The notes under the pieces were generated by a model. The model did not search any database. It saw only the letters and a program-made list of their open reading frames with translations, and was not told where the DNA came from. The position numbers and the translations under genes were made by a program. Positions 20,831-21,165 of a DNA stretch of 21,165 nt are shown piece by piece; within the stretch, counting starts at the first letter, position 1, and the number at the start of each line of letters is the position of its first letter. Source of the stretch: Paraspadella gotoi (lineage: Eukaryota; Animalia; Chaetognatha). The stretch is taken from the NCBI GenBank assembly GCA_051294375.1, contig JBJCIZ010000060.1:1-21165 (forward strand), given 5' to 3'.

Positions 20831-21165
20831 TATTTTAAGAAAAAATTTGTGGTCTAATTGAAGAAAAAATTATACTACTATGTAAAAAAAAAAAAATTAG
20901 CATTTGGCTTTTGGAGATGATAAAGATAAGACAACTAGCTTTTAAATGCCGTATTATTTAATGCAATTGACAATAATATGAGAAAATGACAGCAAAATGA
21001 AAAAAACAAAAAAATATTTTAGAGAAGTAAAAGAGAGGTCGAAAGATAAGAAAGAAAGGTTTGGAATTTTAGGGATCTTTTTTGGTCAAAATCCCGCAAG
21101 ACAATTTACTTGTCATTAAAACAATCGAAATCGAATTCGGTGACATGACCTTTTTCGCTCCTTTC

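Overview
Eukaryotic, AT-rich genomic window. Bases 1-~7740 are almost C-free poly(A), AT and GT low-complexity sequence, most likely an unpolished long-read overhang. An indel-noisy ~73-bp tandem array follows (7744-8590), whose units carry a CACAATG heptamer. The main feature is an intact three-exon RAG1-like/Transib DDE transposase gene (10117-13052, +, ~866 aa after splicing). It has NBD-like, DDE and ZnB motifs, a RAG1L-type C-terminal Cys/His motif and an N-terminal SQ/TQ repeat tract. Convergent with it on the minus strand (~13475-14473), and not recovered in usable form by the ORF track, are ordered, frameshifted Kelch-blade fragments resembling RAG2 blades 1-3. The locus may therefore be a ProtoRAG-like RAG1L/RAG2L transposon with a decayed RAG2L; no convincing TIR pair was found. 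Also present: a short Penelope-type hammerhead insertion with a 13-bp TSD, a CpG-rich minisatellite upstream of the transposase, a hairpin-dense ~250-nt segment between 21-bp direct repeats, a ~205-bp diverged tandem repeat and a 10-N gap. All protein-family comparisons were made by eye from recalled motifs, not by database search.
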